A stretch of DNA of 64,000 bases from Alphaproteobacteria bacterium (GCA_029289325.1 JARFTV010000002.1:114507-178506); one strand, 5' to 3'; shown: positions 45,904-55,484, counted from the first letter of the stretch. Made by a program: numbers and translations. Notes: generated by a model from the letters alone, not told the origin.

Positions 45904-46382
45904 TGGCGCGCGCGGTCACCACCGCGCTCGCCCTCCTGCTCGCGCTGTCCTCTGCCGCGCGGGCCGAGCGTTCCTGCGCCCCCGACCGGCTGGACCTGCG
46001 CTGGTCCGGCGGGGGCGAGAGCTTCGCCGTGGAGCTTGCCGACGATCCCGAGGAACGCGCCCTCGGCCTGATGTTCCGCGAAAGCCTAGATCCGGCCGCG
46101 GGGATGCTGTTCATCTATGAAAGCCCGCGACGGGCGATGTTCTGGATGAAGAACACGCTGATCCCGCTCGACATGATCTTCGCCGATGCCAGCGGCACGG
46201 TCACGCGCGTCCATTCCAATGCCGTGCCCGGCGACCTCACCTCGATCGACGGCGGCGAGGGCGTGGTCTATGTGCTCGAGATCAACGGCGGGCTTGCCGA
46301 ACGCCTGGGCATCGCCCCCGGGGCCGAGTTCCGCCATCCCGCGATCCCCGCCGACAGCGCCGCATGGCCTTGTGACGGCTGA
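45903..46382 (+). CDS. DUF192-family secreted protein
   Basis: The ATG at 45903 overlaps the csp stop (TGATG). Signal peptide MARAVTTALALLLALSSAARA. GLMFRESL...MFWMKNTLIPLDMIF is the DUF192 signature. Confidence 0.75.
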   Translation: MARAVTTALALLLALSSAARAERSCAPDRLDLRWSGGGESFAVELADDPEERALGLMFRESLDPAAGMLFIYESPRRAMFWMKNTLIPLDMIFADASGTVTRVHSNAVPGDLTSIDGGEGVVYVLEINGGLAERLGIAPGAEFRHPAIPADSAAWPCDG

Positions 46383-46397
46383 GGCTTTTCATTCCCA

Positions 46398-46420
46398 CCT
46401 GCTCCGGGTAAAGGAGCAGG
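46398..46420 (+). other. Perfect 8-bp hairpin CCTGCTCC-GGGTAAA-GGAGCAGG between the DUF192 gene and the tRNA
   Basis: Seen directly. Not followed by a T-run. Ends 3 nt before the 5' end of the tRNA. Confidence 0.4.
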
Positions 46421-46423
46421 AGT

Positions 46424-46500
46424 CGGGGCGTAGCGCAGTCTGGTAGCGCGACGGTTTTGGGTACCGTAGGTCGCGAGTTCGAATCCCGCCGCCCCGACCA
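46424..46500 (+). tRNA. tRNA-Pro (anticodon UGG)
   Basis: 77 nt folded by hand. Acceptor CGGGGCG/CGCCCCG, D arm GCGC-AGTCTGGTA-GCGC, anticodon arm ACGGT-TTTGGGT-ACCGT (TGG), T arm GCGAG-TTCGAAT-CCCGC with one A:C mismatch. Discriminator A and an encoded CCA. Confidence 0.9.
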
Positions 46501-46604
46501 CTTTCACCCGCCAACACCAGCGCCGATCCGCCGCGACCAAATTCCGCGCGGGAATCGCCCGCGCGCCGGTTGCCGTGACGTCCTTCAGGGCGCATATCCC
46601 TGAA

Positions 46605-48008
46605 ATGACCATCGCCTTCGATCACAGCTACGCCCGCGACCTGCCCGGCACCTATCTGCGCGTCGCGCCGGACCCGGCCCCTGCCCCGCGCCTTCTGGTG
46701 CTGAACCGTCCGCTTGCCGCCGCGCTTGGGCTTGAGCTGACCGATGATCAGGCGCGCGACTGGTTCTCCGGCGCCGCGCTTCCGCCCGGGGCCGACCCGA
46801 TCGCCCAGGCCTATGCCGGCCACCAGTTCGGCGGCTTCTCACCCCAGCTTGGCGACGGCCGCGCGCATCTTCTGGGCGAGGTCGTGACGCCCGAAGGCCG
46901 CTTCGACCTCCAGCTCAAGGGCTCGGGTCGCACCCCCTTTTCCCGCGGTGGCGACGGCAAGGCGGCGGTCGGCCCGATGCTGCGCGAATACCTGATCTCG
47001 GAATTCATGGCCGCCGCCGGCGTCCCCACCACCCGCTCACTGGCCGTCGTGGCGACGGGTGAGGAGGTCTGGCGCGAGACGAAACTTCCCGGCGCCGTCC
47101 TTGCCCGCGTCGCCGCCAGCCACCTGCGCGTCGGCACGTTCCAGTTCTTCGCTGCCCGCAGCGACCAGGCCCGGGTCAAGGCCCTGGCCGACTATGCCAT
47201 CGCCCGCCATTACCCCGAGCTTGCCGAGGTTGAGACCCCCTACCTCGCCCTCCTCGATGCGGTCATCGCCCGGCAGGCCCGGCTCATTGCCGAATGGATG
47301 GGCCTCGGCTTCATCCATGGCGTGATGAACACCGACAACATGGCGATCTCGGGCGAGACCATCGACTATGGCCCCTGCGGCTTCATGGAAGGCTACGCGC
47401 CCGGCACCGTCTTTTCCTCGATCGACCATCAGGGGCGCTATGCCTATGCGAACCAGCCGCTGATCCTGGGCTGGAACCTCGCGCGGCTGGCCGAAACGCT
47501 GGTCCCCCTCCTTGACCCGGTGCAGGAAAAGGCGATCGAGATCGCCAATGACCGCCTGACCGGCATCGCCCCGCGCTACCGGACCGAATGGGTCGCGGTC
47601 ATGCGCCGCAAGCTGGGGCTGCTCGATCAGGACCCGGCCGACGCGCAACTGGCTGACGATCTGATGGCCGCGATGCCGGGCGCCGACTGGACCCTGACCT
47701 TCCGCCGTCTGGCGGACGAGACCGCGCTGCGCCCCCTTTTCGACGACTTCACCAAGATGGCCGAATGGCTCCCCCGCTGGCGCGCCCGCGCGGGCGAAGG
47801 CGTTGCCCAGCGACTCGACGCGGCGAACCCCGCCGTGATCCCGCGGAACCACAAGGTCGAAGAGGCGCTGGCGGCCGCGACCGACGGCGACATGGCCCCC
47901 TTCCACGCCCTCCTAGCCGCGATCCAGGAGCCCTTCACCGAAGCCGAGCCCTATATGCTCCCCGCCCCGACCGGCTTTGGCCAGTATGTAACCTTCTGCG
48001 GCACCTGA
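46605..48008 (+). CDS. selO: Protein adenylyltransferase SelO (YdiU/UPF0061)
   Basis: ORF from the GTG at 46575. The ATG at 46605 (MTIAFDHSYARDLPG) aligns with the E. coli YdiU N-terminus. Contains AYAGHQFG, LKGSGRTPFSR, HGVMNTDNM and IPRNH motifs. Confidence 0.85.
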   Translation: MTIAFDHSYARDLPGTYLRVAPDPAPAPRLLVLNRPLAAALGLELTDDQARDWFSGAALPPGADPIAQAYAGHQFGGFSPQLGDGRAHLLGEVVTPEGRFDLQLKGSGRTPFSRGGDGKAAVGPMLREYLISEFMAAAGVPTTRSLAVVATGEEVWRETKLPGAVLARVAASHLRVGTFQFFAARSDQARVKALADYAIARHYPELAEVETPYLALLDAVIARQARLIAEWMGLGFIHGVMNTDNMAISGETIDYGPCGFMEGYAPGTVFSSIDHQGRYAYANQPLILGWNLARLAETLVPLLDPVQEKAIEIANDRLTGIAPRYRTEWVAVMRRKLGLLDQDPADAQLADDLMAAMPGADWTLTFRRLADETALRPLFDDFTKMAEWLPRWRARAGEGVAQRLDAANPAVIPRNHKVEEALAAATDGDMAPFHALLAAIQEPFTEAEPYMLPAPTGFGQYVTFCGT

Positions 48009-48166
48009 CGCCCTGCTCCTCGCCAGACTTTGCTTCTCATCGCAAGCGCGGCGTGACCACGTCATCGACGGGCGATCCGTGGCCGCCCCGTGCGAGGCGC
48101 GACGAAGTCGACGACGAGCCGCTGCGCAAGATTGACGCCCCATCCCTTCCCGGCCACCATGCCCGC

Positions 48167-48718
48167 ATGGCCGACCGTTCCGACATCCACGACCGCCTCG
48201 CCGCCTCGCTCCGCGCCGCCCGCAAGGCGCGCGGCCTCAGCCTCGATGCCGCCGCCAAACTCTCCGGCGTCTCTCGCTCGATGGTCAGCCAGATCGAACG
48301 CGGCGAGTCCTCACCCACCGTCGCCACCCTCTGGGCCCTGACCCAGGCCCTGCAACTGGACTTCGCCGGTCTCCTTGAAGGCCGCCCCGCCCCGGGGATC
48401 GAAGTCACCCGCGCGGGCACCGCCCCCGTGATCCAGCGCGGCGGGGTCACCATCCGCATCCTCTCGGCCCCCGAAAGCGTCGGCCGGCACGAGGTCTATG
48501 AACTTGCCTTCACCCAGGGCGCGCGCCTCACCTCGGACCCCCATTCGCCCGGCTGCCGTGAGCATCTGACCGTGCTTGAAGGCCATCTCGCCGTCACCTC
48601 GGGCGAGGCCGCCGAGCAATTGAACCCCGGCGACGTCGCCCGATACCCGGCCGATCGCCCGCATGAGATCGCGGCCGAGGCGGCGGCACGCGCCATCCTG
48701 ATCGTGCAGGACAGTTGA
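48167..48718 (+). CDS. XRE-family HTH regulator with C-terminal cupin domain
   Basis: ORF from 47765. The in-frame ATG at 48167 (MADRSDIHDRLAASLR) gives 183 aa. HTH region LSLDAAAKLSGVSRSMVSQIERGES, then a cupin fold. Confidence 0.8.
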   Translation: MADRSDIHDRLAASLRAARKARGLSLDAAAKLSGVSRSMVSQIERGESSPTVATLWALTQALQLDFAGLLEGRPAPGIEVTRAGTAPVIQRGGVTIRILSAPESVGRHEVYELAFTQGARLTSDPHSPGCREHLTVLEGHLAVTSGEAAEQLNPGDVARYPADRPHEIAAEAAARAILIVQDS

Positions 48719-48726
48719 CCCGCCGC

Positions 48727-48749
48727 GCGGGGGGGTTTCACACCCCCGC
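48727..48749 (+). terminator. GC-rich hairpin GCGGGGG-N9-CCCCCGC downstream of the XRE-cupin gene (weak terminator candidate)
   Basis: 7-bp perfect stem starting 9 nt after the stop. Only a distant, short T-run (atattt). Confidence 0.3.
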
Positions 48750-48868
48750 ACCCCCGTGGGATATTTGAGGAAGAGAAAGGTCTTTTCCGTTTTTGTGGAT
48801 GCCATTCCGTAAAGTTGACATTGCGCCTTTGGTCTGTCAATTTCCGTGAAACCGGAAAGGACTCTGCC

Positions 48869-50062
48869 ATGACGGATAGGACTGCCTTCCTCGACCATGT
48901 CGCCGCCACCCTGCGGGGCATCGAGGCCGACGGGCTGATGAAGCGTGAGCGGCTGATCACCGGCGCGCAGGGCGCCCATGTGCAGATGGGCGGGCGCGAG
49001 ATGCTGAATCTCTGCGCGAACAACTACCTCGGGCTTGCGGACGACCCCCGCCTGATCGCCGCCGCCAAGGCCGCGATGGACGATCACGGGTTCGGCATGG
49101 CCTCGGTCCGGTTCATCTGCGGCACGCAGGACCTGCACCGGCAGCTTGAGACGCGACTGGCGCGGTATCTCGGCCAGGATGACTCGATCCTCTTCGCCGC
49201 CTGTTTCGACGCCAATGGCGGGTTGTTCGAATCCCTCCTCGGCCCGGAGGATGCCGTCATCTCCGACGCGTTGAACCATGCCTCCATCATCGACGGCATC
49301 CGCCTGTGCAAGGCGAAACGCTACCGTTACGCCAACTCGGACATGGACGAGCTGGAAGCCCAACTGAAGGCCGCGAAGGCGGATGGCGCCCGCTTCATCC
49401 TGATCGCCACCGACGGCGTCTTCTCGATGGACGGCTACTACGCCAAGCTCCCCGAAATTCGTGCCCTTGCCGATCGTTACGGCGCCCTCGTCATGGTCGA
49501 CGACTGCCACGCCACCGGCTTCACCGGCCCGAAGGGCGCAGGCACCCCGGCCCGTGCCGGTGTCACGGTGGACATCCTGACCGGGACGCTGGGCAAGGCC
49601 CTCGGCGGCGCGCTTGGCGGCTACATCGCCGGCCCGCAGCCCGTCATCGACCTCCTGCGCCAGCGCGCGCGGCCCTATCTCTTCTCCAACGCCCTGCCCC
49701 CCGCCGTGGTCGGCGCGGCGCTGGCCGCCCTCGATATCGTGGAACAGGCCGACGACCTCCGCGCCAAACTCACCGAGAACGCCCAGTACTGGCGGAAGGG
49801 CCTTACCGCCGCCGGCTTCACCCTCCTCCCCGGCGACCATCCGATCATCCCCGTCATGCTGGGGGACGCCAAGCTCGCCCAGGCCATGGCCGCCGACCTT
49901 CACACCCGCGGCGTCCATGTCGCGCCCTTCTTCTTCCCCGTCGTCCCCAAGGGACAGGCCCGCATCCGCACCCAGATGAACGCGGCCCTGACCCGGCAAG
50001 ACCTCGAATTCGCCCTCGACGCCTTCACCGCCGCCGGAAAAGCCACGGGAGTACTGAAATGA
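48869..50062 (+). CDS. kbl: Glycine C-acetyltransferase (2-amino-3-ketobutyrate CoA ligase)
   Basis: ORF from the TTG at 48815. The ATG at 48869 gives 397 aa. Contains [15 protein letters not shown] and the FSMDG-type PLP region. Confidence 0.9.
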   Translation: MTDRTAFLDHVAATLRGIEADGLMKRERLITGAQGAHVQMGGREMLNLCANNYLGLADDPRLIAAAKAAMDDHGFGMASVRFICGTQDLHRQLETRLARYLGQDDSILFAACFDANGGLFESLLGPEDAVISDALNHASIIDGIRLCKAKRYRYANSDMDELEAQLKAAKADGARFILIATDGVFSMDGYYAKLPEIRALADRYGALVMVDDCHATGFTGPKGAGTPARAGVTVDILTGTLGKALGGALGGYIAGPQPVIDLLRQRARPYLFSNALPPAVVGAALAALDIVEQADDLRAKLTENAQYWRKGLTAAGFTLLPGDHPIIPVMLGDAKLAQAMAADLHTRGVHVAPFFFPVVPKGQARIRTQMNAALTRQDLEFALDAFTAAGKATGVLK

Positions 50063-50106
50063 CCCGCCCCAACAAAATGCCCGCGCGCGGACAGCGCGCA
50101 AACGAG

Positions 50107-51132
50107 ATGACCGTGCTGGCCAAGTCGAAACCCGAACCCGGCCTCTGGATGGAGACGCGCCCGGTCCCCGAGATCGGCCCCGACGACGTGCTGATCAAGA
50201 TCCACAAGACCGGCATCTGCGGCACCGACATCCATATCTGGAACTGGGACGACTGGGCGCAGAAGACTGTTCCCGTGCCCCTCGTCACCGGCCACGAATT
50301 CGCCGGCATCATCGTCGACAAGGGCCGCAACGTCGAAGGGCTGGAGATCGGGCAAAGATGCTCGGGCGAAGGCCACCTGATCGGCAAGACCTCGCGCCAA
50401 AGCCGGTCGGGCAAGTTCCACCTCGATCCCGAAACCCGCGGCATCGGCGTCAACGAACCCGGCGCCTTCGCGCAATACCTGCGGCTTCCCGCGTTCAACG
50501 TCGTCCCCCTGCCCGACGCGATCGATGACGAGATCGGCGCGATCCTCGATCCCTTGGGCAACGCCGTCCACACCGCCCTTTCCTTCGACCTGATCGGCGA
50601 GGACGTGTTGATCACCGGCGCCGGACCCATCGGCATCATGGCCGCCGCCGTCGCCCGCCATGTCGGCGCGCGGCATGTCGTGATCACCGACATCAACCAG
50701 GCCCGGCTCGACCTTGCCGGTCAGGTTGCCGACGTGGTACCGGTCAACGTCGCCACCACCGACCTCCGCTCGGTCTACCAGCGCCTCCACATAACCCAGG
50801 GTTTCGACGTGGGCATGGAGATGTCGGGCTCCCAGCAGGCGCTGGACCAGATGGTCGAACACATGGTCATGGGCGGCCGCATCGCCATGCTGGGCATCCC
50901 GCCGGGGAAATCCCCCGTGGACTGGAGCCGCATCGTCTTCAAGGCCATCACCATCAAGGGCGTCTACGGCCGCGAGATCTTTGAAACCTGGTACAAGATG
51001 ATCGCCATGCTGGAAAACGGCCTGGATATCCGCCGGGTCATCACCCACCGCTTCAAGGTGGACGAGTTCGAAAAGGGCTTTGCCGCTATGCGCTCCGGCC
51101 TGTCCGGCAAGGTTGTGCTGGACTGGCGCTGA
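50107..51132 (+). CDS. tdh: L-threonine 3-dehydrogenase
   Basis: MTVLAKSKPEPGLWM aligns with the E. coli Tdh N-terminus (MKALSKLKAEEGIWM). ICGTDIHI, GHEFAG and GAGPIGIMAAAVA are present. The alternative ATG at 50059 overlaps the kbl stop (ATGA) and has GGGAG upstream, so the true start is uncertain. Confidence 0.9.
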   Translation: MTVLAKSKPEPGLWMETRPVPEIGPDDVLIKIHKTGICGTDIHIWNWDDWAQKTVPVPLVTGHEFAGIIVDKGRNVEGLEIGQRCSGEGHLIGKTSRQSRSGKFHLDPETRGIGVNEPGAFAQYLRLPAFNVVPLPDAIDDEIGAILDPLGNAVHTALSFDLIGEDVLITGAGPIGIMAAAVARHVGARHVVITDINQARLDLAGQVADVVPVNVATTDLRSVYQRLHITQGFDVGMEMSGSQQALDQMVEHMVMGGRIAMLGIPPGKSPVDWSRIVFKAITIKGVYGREIFETWYKMIAMLENGLDIRRVITHRFKVDEFEKGFAAMRSGLSGKVVLDWR

Positions 51133-51351
51133 TCCCTGACGCTACCATCCGCGGCAAGGCCTCCGCCCATCCCCGGCCGGGATGAACGGGGGCTTTGACT
51201 GTGCCCCGCTCGGGCCTGGTCCAGGGACGGCTGACGGGCCCGGATTGCGGCCACCATGCCCTTGAAACGCCTTGGAAAGACCGGCGGATGTTAACCAGTT
51301 GGTAACCATTCCGCAGCCAGTCTGGGGCCGCACAGAACGGGTGAGGGTGTC

Positions 51352-52824
51352 GTGGACGGAAGCAGTTACGAAGACGGGCAGCCCCTTGCCGCCGGCAGGA
51401 TCGGCGCGGGGCTGATCACTCCGGTCCTTCTGGCCGGGGGCTCCGGGACGCGGCTCTGGCCGGTGTCGCGGGCAAGGTTTCCAAAGCAGTTCGTGCCCCT
51501 TCTTGGCGACGAAAGCCTGTTCCAGGCCGCCGCGCGCCGCTTCGACGCCCAGGGCTTCGCCGCCCCCCTCATCGTCACGGGTGAGGATTTCCGCTTCCTC
51601 GTCACCGAACAACTGGACTAAATCGGGATCACCCCCCAGACCGTCCTGATCGAACCGCAGGGCCGCAACACCGCCGCCGCCGCGCTTGCCGCCGCGCTGC
51701 TTCTGGCCGCGGCCGAGCCGGAGGCGCTTCTGCTCCTCGCGCCCTCCGACCACCTGATCCCCGATGCGGCCGACTTTCGCGCCACCATCGACCGGGGCCT
51801 TCCCGTCGCCCGCGCGGGGCGCATCGTGACCTTCGGAATCCAGCCGTCCCGGGCCGAAACCGGCTATGGCTGGCTCGACCCCGGCGAACTCGGCCCCGAC
51901 GGGACCGCGCCGCTGGATCGGTTCATCGAGAAACCGGCGCAGGCGCTGGCGGACCGGCTTCTGACCGAGGGGCGCTGCCTGTGGAACGCGGGCCTGTTCC
52001 TGATGCGGGCCGATGTGCTGATCGCGGCCGCCCGGACCCATGCGCCTGACACGCTCGCCCTGGCCGAAGCCGCCGTCACCGCCGCCGCGGCCGACCTTGG
52101 TTTCATCCGCCTCGCGGCCGAACCCTGGGGGCGGCTGCCGGACATCTCCATCGACCATGCGATCATGGAAAAGGCCGCGAATCTCTCGGTCGTCCGCTTC
52201 GACGGGCGCTGGACCGACCTCGGCTCCTGGGCTGCCGTCTTTTCCGAAACCCCGCGCGATGCCTCCGGGACCGCCACGCAGGGCCGGGCGACGGCGCTGG
52301 ACTGCGAGAACACGCTCCTTCGCTCGGAAAGCGAGGGGGTGGAGCTGATCGGGATCGGCCTCAAGAACGTGGTCGCGGTGGCGACGAAGGACGCGGTCCT
52401 GGTGGCGGATGCCAGCGCGGCCCAGACGGTGCGGCTCGCGGTCCAGACGCTGAAGGAACGCGGCGCGCCGCAAGCCAGCGCCTTCCCGCGCGAGCTGCGG
52501 CCCTGGGGCTGGTACGAGACGATCGGCGCGGGCGACCGTTTCCAGGTCAAGCGAATCCATGTCCACCCCGGCGCGGCGCTCTCGCTGCAATCGCATCTGC
52601 ATCGGGCCGAACATTGGATCGTGGTGCAGGGCACCGCGCGGGTCACGGTGGGCCAGACCGTCAGCCTCGTGGCCGAGAACCAGTCGATCTACGTCCCCCT
52701 GGGCGAGGTGCATCGTCTGGAAAACCCCGGCCGCGTGCCGATGGTCCTGATCGAGGTGCAGACCGGCACCTATCTCGGCGAGGATGACATCATCCGCTAC
52801 GAGGACCGGTACGCCCGCCGCTGA
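51352..52824 (+). pseudogene. manC: Mannose-1-phosphate guanylyltransferase / mannose-6-phosphate isomerase (type II PMI-GMP, ManC/XanB/AlgA family) interrupted by an in-frame TAA
   Basis: ORFs 51352-51621 and 51826-52824 are in the same frame. Codon 51619-51621 is TAA (..EQLD*IGITPQTVLIEPQGRNTAAA..). The stretch between the stop and the next start still encodes conserved family sequence (EPxGRNTA, APSDH, VTFGIxP). N-terminal LLAGGSGTRLWPVSR motif and a C-terminal cupin PMI domain. Confidence 0.75.
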
Positions 52825-52973
52825 CGCCCCGCTTCTGCGAACCGCGCCCCGGTTCTGAGCCGGGGCCTCCCGCGCTGGCTGCGCATGTCCCAGCGAATCC
52901 GGGCCTCCGGCAAAAGTTAAGGATTCCTGAACGGTTTGGACCAAGCCCCTGAATTCCTTGCGAAACGCCGTTT

Positions 52974-52988
52974 TGTCCACCGTGGACA
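52974..52988. promoter_or_regulatory. Perfect palindrome TGTCCAC-C-GTGGACA upstream of trpG
   Basis: 7-bp arms, 74 nt upstream of the trpG ATG. Preceded by TTTT. Confidence 0.3.
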
Positions 52989-53061
52989 CAGCCCCCGGCC
53001 CCGGTTTACACCGCCGCCCGCATCGGCGATAACCGGACGGAACCGGCCGAAGGCGACGCCC

Positions 53062-53649
53062 ATGCTCCTCCTGATCGACAACTACGACAGCTTCACCTGG
53101 AACCTCGTCCACTACCTCGGCGAACTCGGGGCCGAGGTGGTCGTGAAACGGAACGACGCCCTCGAAGTCCAGGACGTGATCGCCCTGCAGCCCGAGGTGA
53201 TCGTCCTGTCTCCCGGCCCCTGCGACCCCGCCGCTGCCGGGATCTGCCTGCCCCTGACCAAGGCCGCCGCCGCCGCCGGGATCCCGCTTCTCGGCGTCTG
53301 CCTCGGCCACCAGACCATCGGTGAGGCCTTCGGGGGGAAGGTCGTCCGCTGCCACGAGATCGTCCACGGCAAGATGGGCACCATGCACCACTCCGGGAAA
53401 GGCGTTTTCCGCGGCCTGCCCTCGCCCTTCCAGGCGACCCGCTATCATTCCCTCGTCGTCGACCGCGCCACCCTGCCGGACGAGCTGGAGATCACCGCCT
53501 GGCTGGAAGACGGCACGATCATGGGCCTGCGCCACCGTCATCACCTGATCGAGGGCGTCCAGTTCCACCCCGAGTCGATCGCCTCGGAACACGGCCACCA
53601 GCTGCTGCGCAACTTCCTTGACGAAGCCAAGGCGAAGGTCCCGGCATGA
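53062..53649 (+). CDS. trpG: Anthranilate synthase component II / aminodeoxychorismate synthase glutamine amidotransferase
   Basis: ORF from 52936. The ATG at 53062 ([19 protein letters not shown]) gives 195 aa. GVCLGHQ catalytic Cys and a HPES triad region. Confidence 0.9.
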   Translation: MLLLIDNYDSFTWNLVHYLGELGAEVVVKRNDALEVQDVIALQPEVIVLSPGPCDPAAAGICLPLTKAAAAAGIPLLGVCLGHQTIGEAFGGKVVRCHEIVHGKMGTMHHSGKGVFRGLPSPFQATRYHSLVVDRATLPDELEITAWLEDGTIMGLRHRHHLIEGVQFHPESIASEHGHQLLRNFLDEAKAKVPA

Positions 53650-54659
53650 GCGAGGTCCTGAAGCCCCTCATCGGCATCGCTGCCAACCGCCCCCTCACCC
53701 GGGAGGAAGCCGAGGCCGCCTTCACCGCGCTGTTCGAGGGCGAGGGCACCCCGGCCCAGATGGGCGGCTTCCTGATGGCGCTGCGCACAAGGGGCGAGAC
53801 GGTCGACGAATACGCCGCCGCCGCCAGCGTGATGCGGGCCAAGTGCAACCCGGTGAAGGCCCCCGAGGGCGCGATGGACATCGTCGGCACCGGCGGCGAT
53901 GGCAAGGGCACGCTGAACATCTCCACCGCCACCGCCTTCGTCGTGGCCGGTGCGGGGGTGACGGTGGCCAAGCACGGGAACCGTAACCTGTCGTCCAAAT
54001 CCGGCGCGGCGGACGCGCTGACGGAACTGGGCCTCAACGTGATGGTCGGGCCGGATGTCGTGGAACGTTGCCTGTCCGAGGCCGGGATCGGCTTCATGAT
54101 GGCCCCCATGCACCACCCCGCGATCCGCCATGTCATGCCGGTCCGGTCGGAACTGGGAACGCGGACGATCTTCAACATCCTCGGTCCGCTGACCAACCCG
54201 GCCGGCGTGAAGCGCCAGCTGACCGGCGCCTTTTCTGACGCGCTGATCCGTCCGATGGCCGAGACGCTGCTGACCCTCGGCTCGGAAAAGGCGTGGCTGG
54301 TCCACGGCTCGGACGGTACGGACGAGATCACCATCTGCGGCGCGACCTCGGTCTCGGCGGTGGAAGACGGCAAGGTCCGCGACTTCACCATCCACCCCGA
54401 AGATGCGGGCCTTGCCCCCCAGCCCTTCGAGGCGATCATGGGCGGCACCCCGGCCGAGAATGCCGTGGCGCTGCGCGCGCTTCTTGACGGGGCGCCGGGC
54501 GCCTACCGGGATACCGTGCTCCTCAATGCCGCCGCCGCGCTGGTGGTGGCCGACCGCGCCGGAACCCTGACCGAAGGCGTGGCGTTGGCCCGGGAGTCGA
54601 TCGACTCGGGCGCCGCCAAAGCCAAGGTCGAGGCGCTCCGCCGCCTGACCCATGCCTGA
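53646..54659 (+). CDS. trpD: Anthranilate phosphoribosyltransferase
   Basis: 337 aa. Contains [14 protein letters not shown] and KHGNR motifs. ATGA overlap with trpG. Confidence 0.9.
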   Translation: MSEVLKPLIGIAANRPLTREEAEAAFTALFEGEGTPAQMGGFLMALRTRGETVDEYAAAASVMRAKCNPVKAPEGAMDIVGTGGDGKGTLNISTATAFVVAGAGVTVAKHGNRNLSSKSGAADALTELGLNVMVGPDVVERCLSEAGIGFMMAPMHHPAIRHVMPVRSELGTRTIFNILGPLTNPAGVKRQLTGAFSDALIRPMAETLLTLGSEKAWLVHGSDGTDEITICGATSVSAVEDGKVRDFTIHPEDAGLAPQPFEAIMGGTPAENAVALRALLDGAPGAYRDTVLLNAAAALVVADRAGTLTEGVALARESIDSGAAKAKVEALRRLTHA

Positions 54660-54671
54660 GAAAGACCGCCG

Positions 54672-55484
54672 ATGACCACGATCCTCGACCGTATCAAGGC
54701 CTACAAGCTGGAGGAAGTGGCCAAGGCCAAGGCCGCCACGCCGCTGGCCGATCTGGAAGCCGCCGCGCGATCCGCCGCCCCGCCCCGCGGCTTTGCCCGC
54801 GCCCTGCGGAATGCGGTGGCGACCGGCTACGGGCTGATCGCCGAAATCAAGAAGGCGAGCCCCTCCAAGGGCCTGATCCGCCCGGACTTCGACCCGCCGG
54901 CGCTGGCCAAGGCCTATGAGGCGGGGGGCGCGACCTGTCTTTCGGTCTTGACCGATACGCCCAGTTTCCAGGGCGCCGACGAATATCTGGTCGCCGCGCA
55001 CAATGCCGTGACCCTGCCCTGCCTGCGCAAGGATTTCCTGTATGACCCCTGGCAGGTCACCCAGTCCCGTGCGCTGAATGCCGACTGCATCCTGCTGATC
55101 ATGGCCTCGCTTGAGGATACCCAGGCGGCGGAACTGGAGGCCGCAGCGATGGAACTGGGCATGGATGTGCTGATCGAGGTCCACGACCAGGCCGAACTCG
55201 ACCGCGCCTGCCTGCTGAAATCGCCGCTGATCGGGATCAACAACCGCAACCTGCACACCTTCGAGGTGACGCTGGACACCACGCGGAAACTGGCGCGCCG
55301 GGTGCCGGAGGACCGGATGATCGTCGCCGAAAGCGGGCTTTACACGCCGGACGACCTTGCCGACCTCGCGCAATATGGCGCGCGCTGCTTCCTGATCGGC
55401 GAAAGTCTGATGCGGCAGGCCGATGTGGCCGCCGCGACCAGGGCGATCCTGTCGAAACCGCTGACCGCGCCGGGTGGGCTATGA
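54672..55484 (+). CDS. trpC: Indole-3-glycerol-phosphate synthase
   Basis: 270 aa. Contains [24 protein letters not shown] and INNRNL motifs. Confidence 0.9.
   Translation: MTTILDRIKAYKLEEVAKAKAATPLADLEAAARSAAPPRGFARALRNAVATGYGLIAEIKKASPSKGLIRPDFDPPALAKAYEAGGATCLSVLTDTPSFQGADEYLVAAHNAVTLPCLRKDFLYDPWQVTQSRALNADCILLIMASLEDTQAAELEAAAMELGMDVLIEVHDQAELDRACLLKSPLIGINNRNLHTFEVTLDTTRKLARRVPEDRMIVAESGLYTPDDLADLAQYGARCFLIGESLMRQADVAAATRAILSKPLTAPGGL

Noticed and set aside
46424-46700. tRNA-Pro as an integration hot-spot (genomic island or prophage)
   Set aside because: There is no integrase, no phage or IS gene, and no visible direct repeat of the tRNA 3' end nearby. The flanking genes (DUF192, selO) are ordinary chromosomal genes with the same composition.
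52825-53061. Tryptophan attenuator / leader peptide upstream of trpG (and of trpE at 39766)
   Set aside because: No short ORF with tandem TGG codons and no terminator/antiterminator pair followed by a T-run were found. trpE has no leader at all, because its start overlaps the ppiD-like stop.
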